DNA from: Tortispora ganteri
Lineage: Eukaryota
Length of the DNA: 64,000 nucleotides
Reading direction: 5' to 3'
NCBI GenBank assembly: GCA_003707115.1
Contig: PPNB01000019.1
Span: forward strand, 1 to 64,000
The notes under the pieces were generated by a model that worked only from the letters and a program-made list of their open reading frames with translations, made no database searches and was not told the origin of the DNA. The number at the start of each line of letters is the position of its first letter. Positions within the stretch are counted from its first letter, which is position 1. The translations under genes were made by a program, and so were the position numbers. Positions 39,028-51,614 of the stretch are shown here, one piece after another.

Positions 39028-39987
39028 ATGCTCACGACTTTAGGTATGTTCATAATAGACGAAATACGTTATAATAATGGCGTTGTTTTAAATAATATCA
39101 TTGGAGGCGCAGGGACATTCGCTATCATAGGCGGCAGAATCATAGGTGGACCTAATTCTACTACCTGGATTGTGGACTGCGGATCTGACTTTGATCCACA
39201 AATTAGACGACAATTGGACAGTTTAGAACTAAATACAATCTACCGTATTGATAAAAAGCGTCTCACAACAAAAGGTCTAAACATATATGGGCCTCATGAA
39301 CATCGGTCGTTTGAATACCTAACGCCAAAGAAAAGGCTGACGTCCCGAGACTTGATAGACACGGGCATAACACAGTCGGTGAAAGGAGTTCATTTAATAT
39401 GCGGAGCGCAAAGATTAAAAGAAAATGTATTAGACTTAGCAAACAATGGCGATTTCTTATATTTCTGGGAACCGGTGCCAGATTTATTCATTGAGTCGGA
39501 GAGAAATAGTGCACTTAAAATACTGAAAGAATTACCTATCGCTGTAATATCTCCAAATATGAGTGAAGTCGGCCAATTCTACGGTAAAAAGGTTTCTGAG
39601 GAGCAGCTGGATTGGTTTGATGTTGCTATTGAACTCATTGAACAGTTATACAACGATACGAACGTGCCTGTGGTTATTCGATGCGGTAGAAATGGCGCAA
39701 TTTTAAGAGAGAAACATTGTTCATGGCATGTACCAGCATACCATTATTCTAGTTCAGAGAAAGTGATCGATCCCACAGGAGCAGGTAATGCATTCATGGG
39801 TGGCCTAGCGGCAGCGTACATCCAAACACGCGATTTGCGGTATAGTGTGTGCTGCGGATCCGTAGCAGCTTCATACGTAGTGGAGCAGATAGGCATTCCG
39901 TCACACCATAATGGTCTATGGAACGATACTTATCCTGCTGATAGGATTAAAGATATCTTAGAAGCGTGCAATATTATTAAATCATAA
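39028..39987 (+). CDS. MAK32: PfkB/ribokinase-family carbohydrate kinase (Mak32-like)
   Basis: TLGMFIIDEI, IGGAGTFA, WEPVPD, ISPN..E, VIDPTGAGNAFMGG. Confidence 0.75.
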   Translation: MLTTLGMFIIDEIRYNNGVVLNNIIGGAGTFAIIGGRIIGGPNSTTWIVDCGSDFDPQIRRQLDSLELNTIYRIDKKRLTTKGLNIYGPHEHRSFEYLTPKKRLTSRDLIDTGITQSVKGVHLICGAQRLKENVLDLANNGDFLYFWEPVPDLFIESERNSALKILKELPIAVISPNMSEVGQFYGKKVSEEQLDWFDVAIELIEQLYNDTNVPVVIRCGRNGAILREKHCSWHVPAYHYSSSEKVIDPTGAGNAFMGGLAAAYIQTRDLRYSVCCGSVAASYVVEQIGIPSHHNGLWNDTYPADRIKDILEACNIIKS

Positions 39988-40251
39988 CCATTGACAATCG
40001 AAAATTGTCTATGTAAAGACCGTTGTAAAACCGTTTCAACGTCGTTTCTAAACTTTATTCCGTTTTGCCGAGTTTAGCTATGGCTGTGCCAGCTGTCTGT
40101 TTCATTCCCAGCATCTCCCAAACCCCTAAAATCCAGCATTGACACGCGCGATTTTTTTCTTCTCTGAGCAGGACGATCCCCAATAGTATAAAAGTGTTGC
40201 AAATACAAGAGAAAAGAAAGAAAGGACATACAGTAAATTGTGTTCGCAATA

Positions 40252-41316
40252 ATGAACAAGCATAGTGGTATCTCTAGATCCGTATCTTCTGTTAGCCGGC
40301 AACACAATGTTCAAACACCTTCTGCGCCAATTATAGACACATTCGTTAAAAACCAAACTCCTATTTTTATACTGATACTCTCGTTAGCTGTCGCTGCTTA
40401 TCACTTAAACCCGGACGATTTAATAGCTAGAAGTTTTTTCTTTTTGTCATACAAACAGCCTAATGGTACATATTTAGTAGGTCCCTTGGACCTCATAACC
40501 AGTCTTTCTTTCACAGTTTTACTCACCTTAGCCCGTGGGCTCCTTATGGACCATGTATTTATCCCGTTAGCAGCTGCTTTAAAAGTTTCTCCGGGTAAAC
40601 AGGCTCAGAGATTTGCCGAACAGGCATGGACTTTCGTATACTACACCCCGTTGTTTATATACGGGCTCATAGTATATACCAACTCTCCTTATGCTTTCGA
40701 CAAGTCTAATCTATGGAAAGATTGGCCTCATCACACTTTATCTCATTCTTTCAAACTCTATTATCTCATACAAGTCGGGTTCTGGTTGCATCAGCTTTAT
40801 GTTCTGAATATTGAGGAACGTAGAAAGGATTATTACCAAATGCTCTCTCATCATATTTGCACTTCTACCTTAGTTTTGCTATCCTACTACTTTCATATGT
40901 TTCGAATCGGCCACTGTATACTGGTTCTCATGGATTTCGTCGATATAACCCTTCCACTTGCTAAAATGCTCAAGTATACAAACCACCCGACATTATGCGA
41001 TTGTGCATTTGTCAATTTCATTATATCCTGGGTTGTCACAAGACACTACATATACTTATTACTTGTCTGGAGCGCCATGTACGACGCATCTTTTTTCATT
41101 TCGTACGGCACTTGCATTCCTCCAGAAGGAGATTTCTTTAATTCTTCCTCACCTAGATGTTTCACACAATCGGTACATTACACCTTTGTTGGTATGTTAT
41201 GCTTCATCCAACTTTTGACTATACTCTGGTTTACAGCAATAGTGAAAGTTGCTCTAAAAGTGTTAAAAGGCGATGGCGCAGAGGATTCACGATCGGACGA
41301 CGAAAATGAAGATTAG
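40252..41316 (+). CDS. TLC-domain ceramide synthase, BarA/Bar1-like clade
   Basis: RFAEQAW, EERRKDYYQMLSHHI Lag1 motif, MDFVDI..AKMLKY, GAEDSRSDDE tail. First ATG at 40252. Confidence 0.88.
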   Translation: MNKHSGISRSVSSVSRQHNVQTPSAPIIDTFVKNQTPIFILILSLAVAAYHLNPDDLIARSFFFLSYKQPNGTYLVGPLDLITSLSFTVLLTLARGLLMDHVFIPLAAALKVSPGKQAQRFAEQAWTFVYYTPLFIYGLIVYTNSPYAFDKSNLWKDWPHHTLSHSFKLYYLIQVGFWLHQLYVLNIEERRKDYYQMLSHHICTSTLVLLSYYFHMFRIGHCILVLMDFVDITLPLAKMLKYTNHPTLCDCAFVNFIISWVVTRHYIYLLLVWSAMYDASFFISYGTCIPPEGDFFNSSSPRCFTQSVHYTFVGMLCFIQLLTILWFTAIVKVALKVLKGDGAEDSRSDDENED

Positions 41317-41524
41317 TACATAAGGGAAAATTGGATTAGAGACCTGAAATGCGATAAACAATAATATAATATGCCAAACTATGTTCTCACAGACTATATG
41401 ATCATATTACTACATATATTGCTACGCGTAAGTTCTAACATTGTATGTTGTATTTATAAATGAGAGTAATGAATGTGTCCTTTTTTTTCTGTTTTTTCTT
41501 TTTTTAATTGATCCACGTTGCACT

Positions 41525-42721
41525 TCAAATGATCTGGACATAGTTGGATGGGCATATACCAACTTCGCCATTTGCCCGTCGGGCTTGCCACCATCGGCCT
41601 GAAGTATCAGCTATATCCAATAATTCGCCCTGTTCAAACGATAATTCGGTTTCATCTTCCGGGCTGGCCTTATAAGCATAAACAGCTCTGGCTCTGAATG
41701 GGTACTCTATTCCGGATAATGCGTTCTGCGTCATTTCAGACAGCGTGGGGCTGCCAGAACGATCTTCTGCCACCTCGGCAGTGTTGACAGATCGCGCAAC
41801 ACTATTAGTTGCTCCACCGGCCGTCAACGCTCCTAGGCCATAAGACTGAGATTCATGCGAATTGAACGTAGATCGTGGATTCTCTAAACCGGTGAGTTGT
41901 GCTGAGGTGAGAATCTGAGAAGGTGGCTGACGAGAATTAGAATAGATAGATTTTTTGTACCCAAGTCCGGTATCCGTATTGCTAGAACGATATTGGTACT
42001 GGTTATTCATTGAGTATCGTAAATCCTTGGAAAACCCTGTCACCCCAGCGTAATCATTGTTTGGGTTAATATCACTCCGCAGCGATCCCCGATCTATCCA
42101 TGCTTTCAGCGGAGCTTGAGCGTCCATGGTAAAGTTTGCTATCCAAATAAGATCTAGCATACTTAGAAGAATAAAACCTGCGGCGGCTGCATTGTTTGCA
42201 GCGGTCCCACGATAAATAACTGAGTCTGTGCTTGACGTCATGTAGATGAATCCAACTGTGACTGAAGCGACAGTGAATAGACGATAAGGGCCAGTTCCCT
42301 CATAAGTACCAAAAATGTATGATAATCCTAATATGAGGAGTAACTGGTAAACAAGTCTCCACCAATTCATCCCCGCATAGTTGCCGTTCGCATCGGCTGC
42401 ACAGGAACCTGCAAAAGCTATAATCCAGGCGATCAAAGCTATACTTAATGTGACAAGTGCAAAAGGGTCGCCAATTATCAAGCTCAAATATATCTTACGA
42501 GGTCGAAACGAAGGAGCATGGCTTGGGAATGGTTTGAATCGCGCAGTGTTAGTGTAGTCATCGGCTGGAGGTTTGCTAAGATACGCGCCTGCCTTTGAGG
42601 GAATAGCGGTATCCACGGTTGAAGAAGATCTAGGTCCGGTATCATGGCCTTGAGGGAATCTTTCTGATGCCGATGAACACTCAGCAGCATCAGGAGAAGC
42701 GAAAGGGTTCGGAATAGCCAT
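41525..42721 (-). CDS. SHO1: High-osmolarity signalling sensor Sho1 (4 TM + SH3)
   Basis: GDPFAL followed by four TM helices, and a C-terminal SH3 (ARAVYAY..ELSF..GRWWQAR..GICPSNY). Confidence 0.94.
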   Translation of the reverse strand: MAIPNPFASPDAAECSSASERFPQGHDTGPRSSSTVDTAIPSKAGAYLSKPPADDYTNTARFKPFPSHAPSFRPRKIYLSLIIGDPFALVTLSIALIAWIIAFAGSCAADANGNYAGMNWWRLVYQLLLILGLSYIFGTYEGTGPYRLFTVASVTVGFIYMTSSTDSVIYRGTAANNAAAAGFILLSMLDLIWIANFTMDAQAPLKAWIDRGSLRSDINPNNDYAGVTGFSKDLRYSMNNQYQYRSSNTDTGLGYKKSIYSNSRQPPSQILTSAQLTGLENPRSTFNSHESQSYGLGALTAGGATNSVARSVNTAEVAEDRSGSPTLSEMTQNALSGIEYPFRARAVYAYKASPEDETELSFEQGELLDIADTSGRWWQARRANGEVGICPSNYVQII

Positions 42722-43372
42722 CTGCCCTTTTCCGTGTACTAAAGATACAAAAAAGAAACGTAAATGTACAATAATTCGTTAAGTCGAAACGTTAAACACG
42801 TGCGTAGTGAAATACAGGATTAAAATTTCACGAACTGATCAAGTAGTTTCCAATAGGAAACTTGTCGTAAAGATAACGAAGAAAAGAAACGAGGGCGGAA
42901 AGGAGGCGGACTTAGTGTAATGTAGAACAACGTGAACAGAATAGAATTAAACCAATATACTAAGAAAGATAGATGTTTTTAAGCAAAATCAATCGTTCTT
43001 ATATAGCTTAGACAGTCTTCAAGGTAATAAACCCCGTAGTTATACGTAACCGAAGTGCTGGTTGCTAAATAAAAGATGGTAAATGACAAAACAGATTTAG
43101 AGTTGACGGGCCGAAAAACGCGTATTGCTATAAGAAGGGGGGGTTGCCAGGGAAAGTGTCAACGAGAGTGGGGTATCAAGGGGTTGCAAATGGCAACTCC
43201 AAAAATGACAAGGAAACGATCGGGAAATGAGAGTTGTAGGGCGACACGAGGGTTATTATCATTCATCGATGTTAGGTATAATGAATGGATGCCCGTTAGG
43301 TTAGCATGCTAAGTTAGGATAGCGTAGCTAGTTCTAATGCTGGAGGTATCAAATACTTCGACAGCGTGAAGC

Positions 43373-44728
43373 TTATATGAAAGCGGCGGCCAAAGATACG
43401 ATCATTACGATCACTCCCCAAACACTTAAGAACAGTGCCACTGATCTAAGTTGACGGTTAGTAGCATTTCTTAGGGGGTTGAGCGAATCTAGAAGTCGGG
43501 ATCGTGAAGAAGGTCGTGCACTCGAATTAGCTCCGTGCAGTTGGTGTGGAGGCAATGCCCTGGTCGAGACTGGCGAGTCGGTAGGCTTGAAATCTGGCGG
43601 TGGCCGTCTAAGGATTTTGTGCGCAAATAGACCGGGGAGAATAAAAGAAATTGAAGTCGATCCTGTTGCTCCGACTATCCCCAGGACTTTTGCAAGAGAG
43701 CTTACGCTCAAGGCTGTGATGTAGGAAAGGGAAAGGATGAGAGTTGTGAGGCCAATAAAGGTGAATGTTGGCATGTGAGGAGCAGCAGGTGTTGCTAGAG
43801 ATTCTGAGGAGTTTTTGGTGCGTATGTGATAGATAATATGATTTAAAGATGCGCGGCACGGATGACACTGTAGCGGAAATCCGAGGAGAACAAGAATGCA
43901 CATAGCCAATCTCGCTATTGTGGATGAAACAGAAGGTGGATACATTGCGACAATATTTCCTGTGACATATTCACCGTATGTGAAATACCCACAAAGGCCT
44001 AATGTTATATATACAGCACATGCCGTTCCTATAGTTCCGACGACAACACGGATGAGATTATTCTGCGATCGATCCTTAATTTCGTTTGTTATGCTAAACA
44101 TATTCTGGTGGCATGTATAAGCAAACACAATAATAGGCAAGGCGTGGAGAACATCGAGTAAACCCTTAGGCTGGGTCATTCTGATGGGACCTCTGAGATC
44201 AGGATCAATGTCACCTATAGCCCAATGAACGACAACTAGGCAAACTAAATATAGAGCGGACGCCATGGCAAGTATAGATGAATATCTTAGAGAGTCTATG
44301 CGTCTCATATAGCACAATGGCAGCAGAACCACTAAAGCGACAGAAATCCAGCCCGCTCTTGATAGAAAGTCTGGTCCCGTGACTTGAGGCATTAAATCGC
44401 CCACGATAATCAAATAAGAAACACCTACACCAAAGCATTTTACGGCTATGGCAACATCGAAAACGACTCCTAAACTTGGGTAAGTTATTTGTGCAAGACT
44501 GAAAAATGAAGCATTTCCTTGTTCAACGTAAATGGCGCATCTAGACTGCAAGTAGAGACCTGTTGCAGAGGCCAGTGCAGAAAGAATCAGGACAACAAGA
44601 CCTATGACCACACCATTACAGCTGAATGCATAAGGCATAGCAAGCATTCCTGCACCTAATACAGTGTTTAAAAGATTAACTATACAAGATTTGGCAGAAG
44701 CATTTGGCTCCAAAGTAGGATCTGCCAT
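43373..44728 (-). CDS. Vacuolar amino acid transporter, Avt5/6/7 family
   Basis: NLLNTVLGAGMLAMP, AIAVKCFGVGVSYL, FAYTCHQNMF, PLQCHPCR, GATGSTSISFILPG. Confidence 0.9.
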   Translation of the reverse strand: MADPTLEPNASAKSCIVNLLNTVLGAGMLAMPYAFSCNGVVIGLVVLILSALASATGLYLQSRCAIYVEQGNASFFSLAQITYPSLGVVFDVAIAVKCFGVGVSYLIIVGDLMPQVTGPDFLSRAGWISVALVVLLPLCYMRRIDSLRYSSILAMASALYLVCLVVVHWAIGDIDPDLRGPIRMTQPKGLLDVLHALPIIVFAYTCHQNMFSITNEIKDRSQNNLIRVVVGTIGTACAVYITLGLCGYFTYGEYVTGNIVAMYPPSVSSTIARLAMCILVLLGFPLQCHPCRASLNHIIYHIRTKNSSESLATPAAPHMPTFTFIGLTTLILSLSYITALSVSSLAKVLGIVGATGSTSISFILPGLFAHKILRRPPPDFKPTDSPVSTRALPPHQLHGANSSARPSSRSRLLDSLNPLRNATNRQLRSVALFLSVWGVIVMIVSLAAAFI

Positions 44729-44875
44729 TGTGTAGATTATGCGCTAAAAAGAAGAAACGGTGTTGGAAGATTGACGAGCAAGTAGGCGCACATCCCCATT
44801 ACCCTAAAGGAGTCAATAGAGGTTAGGTTGTTGAATGTCAAAACCTTAAAAGAACAGTCGGTTTGACCGATCATC

Positions 44876-45997
44876 ATGACCAATATCAGAAAAACTGCAC
44901 TACTAGTATTTGTTATTGCTTTTATTATTGTGGTGCATACATTCAGACTAGCGTTTATTAAGCCAAAACTAAATATTGCGGTTTTCAATAGCCCAAGGTA
45001 CCATTTCGAGGTGGTTTATCCTTTCTTGGAGACATTCCGCCAGCTGGGTCAATCTATTGAACTGTACGCTTCAAATTATGGCTTACGACGTTTCAAATTT
45101 ATTGAGATGATCAATGACACAAAAGTAAAAGACATTCAGCATATCAAATTGACAAAAGTAGATTTGCTCATACTTATATCGTGTCCAGAAGATTTGGAGT
45201 TTCTTGGTGATCAAATATACACATTCGAAGGATCAATCCAATGTATTGTGCACGAACCTTATGAATTGATCAAACCAGAAACAAATATGTACTCAGTTGG
45301 ATTGAAGTACATGAAAAAATTGCTCGAGTCAGATAAGTTTACTCTAGTAGCATTGAGCCCACACGTAGCCAACTATATGCAAGGGCAAGAGTGGCGGCGA
45401 ACATTGCTAGGTGAGTACGTTCCGGAAATTATTACGTATATCCCTGTGGCCAGGTATGGTACATCCGATCCACAAAGATACATTGTAACAGCAGGAAAAT
45501 TTGAGGAGTGGCGGAGGTCATATAATGCATTAATCAACGACTTTATAGCCATTGAAAATACCGATATTCAGCTTCAGCTTATAGGTTCTGGTCATCTATA
45601 CTCAGAAACAATCCAAAAATTTGCAGACCGTATTAACATTGTTGCAGAATCAAATTTTCGCGATTATTTCGAGCATATATCTAAAGCATTGGCATTAGTA
45701 CCAGCATTTGCATCCGACCATTACGTTATATCAAAAGCATCCAGCAGTATATCGACTGCTGTGTCGGTAGGTATACCGATAATTGTTACTAAAGAGGTCA
45801 TGGAAGCATACACATATCTGAATTCAGAATCAGTATATACATATGAATCTCTGAAAGAGGGGGTAGAGGCATTAGATGAATACCAAAAAAATATTGAGAA
45901 GCGACAGCATATGGTCAAGCTTCGAGAGGAAATTGTTGAGCAAAATCAGAAACTGTATCAGCATATTATATCGGCAGTAAGAAGGCGGACTAAATAA
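44876..45997 (+). CDS. Uncharacterised type II membrane protein, possible GT-B glycosyltransferase
   Basis: Short cytosolic N-terminus plus one TM, HFEV motif, CIVHE, and C-terminal ALVPAF..KASSSISTAVSVGIPII resembling the GT-B nucleotide-sugar binding half. Confidence 0.5.
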   Translation: MTNIRKTALLVFVIAFIIVVHTFRLAFIKPKLNIAVFNSPRYHFEVVYPFLETFRQLGQSIELYASNYGLRRFKFIEMINDTKVKDIQHIKLTKVDLLILISCPEDLEFLGDQIYTFEGSIQCIVHEPYELIKPETNMYSVGLKYMKKLLESDKFTLVALSPHVANYMQGQEWRRTLLGEYVPEIITYIPVARYGTSDPQRYIVTAGKFEEWRRSYNALINDFIAIENTDIQLQLIGSGHLYSETIQKFADRINIVAESNFRDYFEHISKALALVPAFASDHYVISKASSSISTAVSVGIPIIVTKEVMEAYTYLNSESVYTYESLKEGVEALDEYQKNIEKRQHMVKLREEIVEQNQKLYQHIISAVRRRTK

Positions 45998-46101
45998 GAA
46001 GCGGTTTAGTCTATTGAACTTTTTCTCCAGTTCAATGAGGGTTATCAGAAAATTCTTTTATAGTTTTCACAGATCAAAAGTTTGGCAAGTAGCTCGCTTG
46101 T

Positions 46102-47235
46102 CTACTGGTCATTTTCATCTTCATCTTCATCATCACTTCTCTCGTCAGATGCTGCACCTTCAACAGCTAGACGGTAACCAATTCGACATATAAGAAAAAA
46201 CCAGTAGAGATTGACAAGCTGCAAGGCAAGAATGAGGACAAACGTTATAATTTGAGATATCCAACATTTGTATTGCTGATCAGCAAAACTCAACTCAAAA
46301 GGGCCAACTGTTCTGAACTCTGTCAATACAGACCAAAGTATTTTCAAGTTTAGGTAATGTCTCAAGTAGGTCCATACAGCAATAAAGATAACAAACACGT
46401 AAGGAGTTGCCTTTGAATCTAGATAGCTTGACAGTTTGGACAAAGCAAGGAAAAAATCGGAAATATCCATTGTCACATAAACAGCCAGCCCCATATATTG
46501 AAAATGAAATCTATATGAGCAAATAATCAAAGCCATTGTGACTATATGGTGAAATATCAGTTCGTGAAAATCTTTGCGGGGTTTCTCCACTTGCAGGCAG
46601 AGAAGAACACTTTGCTGAGCCCAAAATGCAGCTTGAAGCAGGTAAAACAATTTTAATTCCAAAGAACTGTCAAAATGAGGATATTCTTCATAAAAGCCTG
46701 CAGTTCTGAAGTACCAAAGTTCAGGCATGCGTGACATAATCCATAAACCAGCTGGTCCGGCAATTGCGTAATAAATTAGCGAGTACGCCTGTTCCATGAA
46801 TCGCATTCTTTTCCCACGCAGCGCAGCTTCAATCATAACAGAAAGCGGAGCAAGTATCACTTGCATAACAAACTCGCGCAAAAATGTGAGTACCACCATA
46901 AAATATATCACAAATAATATGTCATTGAGTCCTTTTCCATACTTACCATTGTCTTGTTTATAGGACACGAAAAGGAAAGGTTCAAGTGTATCTTTAATGT
47001 GACTATCGCCAAACTTGTAGAGTAAGATAGGAATCATAAATGTAATCAAGGCTATTATCCACACCTTATTTTTGGATTTAGATATCTGCTTATTCATTTT
47101 TTTAATGTATTTCTTGTCCTCAATTGTGGACAAAGATCGTCCGCGAGAATCACCAAAATTGATCTCACTCAACGAGTTCTCACGTCTTTTACGCGGTCGC
47201 GTAGCAAGCGACTCTTTATATTGATTTTCTGACAT
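46102..47235 (-). CDS. LAC1: Ceramide synthase, Lac1/Lag1 (LagA) clade
   Basis: RFMEQAY, EKPRKDFHELIFHHIVT, TMDISDFFLALSK, QQYKCWISQ, DERSDDED tail. Start taken at AAAAAA-ATG 47235; an in-frame ATG also exists at 47313. Confidence 0.9.
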   Translation of the reverse strand: MSENQYKESLATRPRKRRENSLSEINFGDSRGRSLSTIEDKKYIKKMNKQISKSKNKVWIIALITFMIPILLYKFGDSHIKDTLEPFLFVSYKQDNGKYGKGLNDILFVIYFMVVLTFLREFVMQVILAPLSVMIEAALRGKRMRFMEQAYSLIYYAIAGPAGLWIMSRMPELWYFRTAGFYEEYPHFDSSLELKLFYLLQAAFWAQQSVLLCLQVEKPRKDFHELIFHHIVTMALIICSYRFHFQYMGLAVYVTMDISDFFLALSKLSSYLDSKATPYVFVIFIAVWTYLRHYLNLKILWSVLTEFRTVGPFELSFADQQYKCWISQIITFVLILALQLVNLYWFFLICRIGYRLAVEGAASDERSDDEDEDENDQ

Positions 47236-47663
47236 TTTTTTTGCAGATTTCGAGTACTTCGAAGACGCGTTTATGTGTACCAAAAGGAATGTAAAGGTGT
47301 TGTCTTTCACCATCCTGCGAGGTCCCGCTAAATCCTTATACACTAGGTTGCTAGGCAAATTGACAACCAATTCTATAAAGATGACGTGTACTGCTCGGCA
47401 TTCTAAAACCAGTATTTACCGCTATTACAGCTATCTAAATAGTCTATAATTAAAGTCTGTTTGTTCTGTAGTGATATTATTTAGAGTTACACCGCTTGTA
47501 ATTATATCCGGTAGGTTCCATGGTTTGCATATGCTTCTGAGGATGCCCAACACTCTCCTCGGAACACGTATAAGCTGCCGTAGATGTTACTAGTGAGATA
47601 TATTGATATTTAAGAACAGTAATTATAGCTAATGTAAAGACCTATTTGGCAAACTAGATTCCC

Positions 47664-50162
<2,499 letters not shown>

Positions 50163-50608
50163 CTATTTGGATAAAAGTGATGTGGCGATGTTGTGAAAAA
50201 GGATAGGTTAATAAAATCAAAATTTCAAGAAAAGACTTTTATTGAATTTCAAAGTTTTATCCAATGAGAAGAACTCGGTAAAGGTACTTTTGAGTGGCAA
50301 TTCGCGAAAAGAACCTTGTAGATAACCTCGTTCGTAGAAGGGTACAGAATGGAAAGGGCGCCACTCAGATGTGGTTAAAGGCAAAGTGGGAGTTGGCAAG
50401 GGCGGAATCGTTACCCGGCTATGAGCTGGGTAACGATACATGTACAGTTTAATAGAGGAGTATCTAGACATTATAACATCATATTTACCACTAAACATGC
50501 ATTATCGCCTTAATGCATAGATAAGTCGATGTGGTGGTGTGTGATTGTGGTTGCATGTAGGTGTGCGGGCAGGATAGCGGAGAGACAGAGTTGTTTCGTA
50601 TAAGGAGA

Positions 50609-51278
50609 TTAGGACTTGCGATTTCGATACATTAATAAAGGCTCACCGACAGCAGTCAATTCGGGTATTTTAGATTTGATATCGAAAATTTGAGCAATTA
50701 TAATCTTAAAAATCTTTTGAATGTTGACTGAGCTGCTGGTAGAGCAGAAGATCAGATTCGCTTGCATTACCTTGGCGAACCTTCTGGCCTGATGGGATAT
50801 CTCAGCCTGTTCTTCAAAAGGCAAATCAATAAACTCATCATATTTCGTGCCTATAAGAAACGGAATAGCTTTGTTATTAAATCCATGCGCTTGTCTGTAC
50901 CATTCTTTTATTGAATTGAGAGTAGATTTCCTTGTCAAATCAAACATAAAAAGTATAGCGAGTGCGTCGTTTGATACTAGCGGCAGCATTCTGAGGAACT
51001 CCTTTTGACCTCCAAGATCCCAAATAGAGAATGTGATATTTGCATCTTTGAGTTTCACTGATTTTTCTAAGAAATTTACGCCCAGTGTTTGTATATAATC
51101 TTCATCAAATGCTCCTTCAACGTATTTCACCATTAACGATGTTTTCCCGACTTGTGCGTCCCCAATTAGCCCAACCTTTATTACAATGCTATTTAAGTTA
51201 GTTTTTATGCTTATCAAATAATATCGACGCTATCTACCTATTAGAATCTTCTTCCTCTTCGTATTCTTTGGCCATCAT
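50609..51278 (-). CDS. TEM1: Mitotic exit/septation GTPase Tem1/Spg1; exons 51278-51238 and 51188-50609
   Basis: Spliced product MMAKEYEEEEDSNSIVIKVGLIGDAQVGKTSLMVKYV. Intron GTAGAT..AACTAAC..TAG at 51237-51189. YIQTLGVNF and WDLGGQ motifs. Confidence 0.92.
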
Positions 51279-51614
51279 TGCTTTTCGAGTATACGTGATG
51301 TTGGTATTCTCTAAGTACAGAATGTAAACACATCAGAAACTTTATCATAGATAACCCTCTACCCTGAATTGAAGAAGCTGTGCAAATACAGGACTACTTC
51401 TGGTCGTATGTAGAAAAAATATAACTTCATTGGTTGTAGAAAGGTACCAAAATAATACAAATGTTCCAATATACTGTTTAGAGGCTCATATATTATCTAT
51501 CAGCGCGGGCCGCCTACGGCAGCCACATATGGGTAATACAAGTACTGCCACGAGGAAGTCCCAAATGACCTTACTCTGTTAATTTTTTTTTTACTCACTT
51601 CAACTACCTAGACA

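Noticed and set aside
50221..50310. PACE-like AGTGGCAAT and partial HSE (TTCnnGAA) in the CDC48 promoter
   Set aside because: Plausible for CDC48, but the matches are degenerate or incomplete, so they are not reported as features
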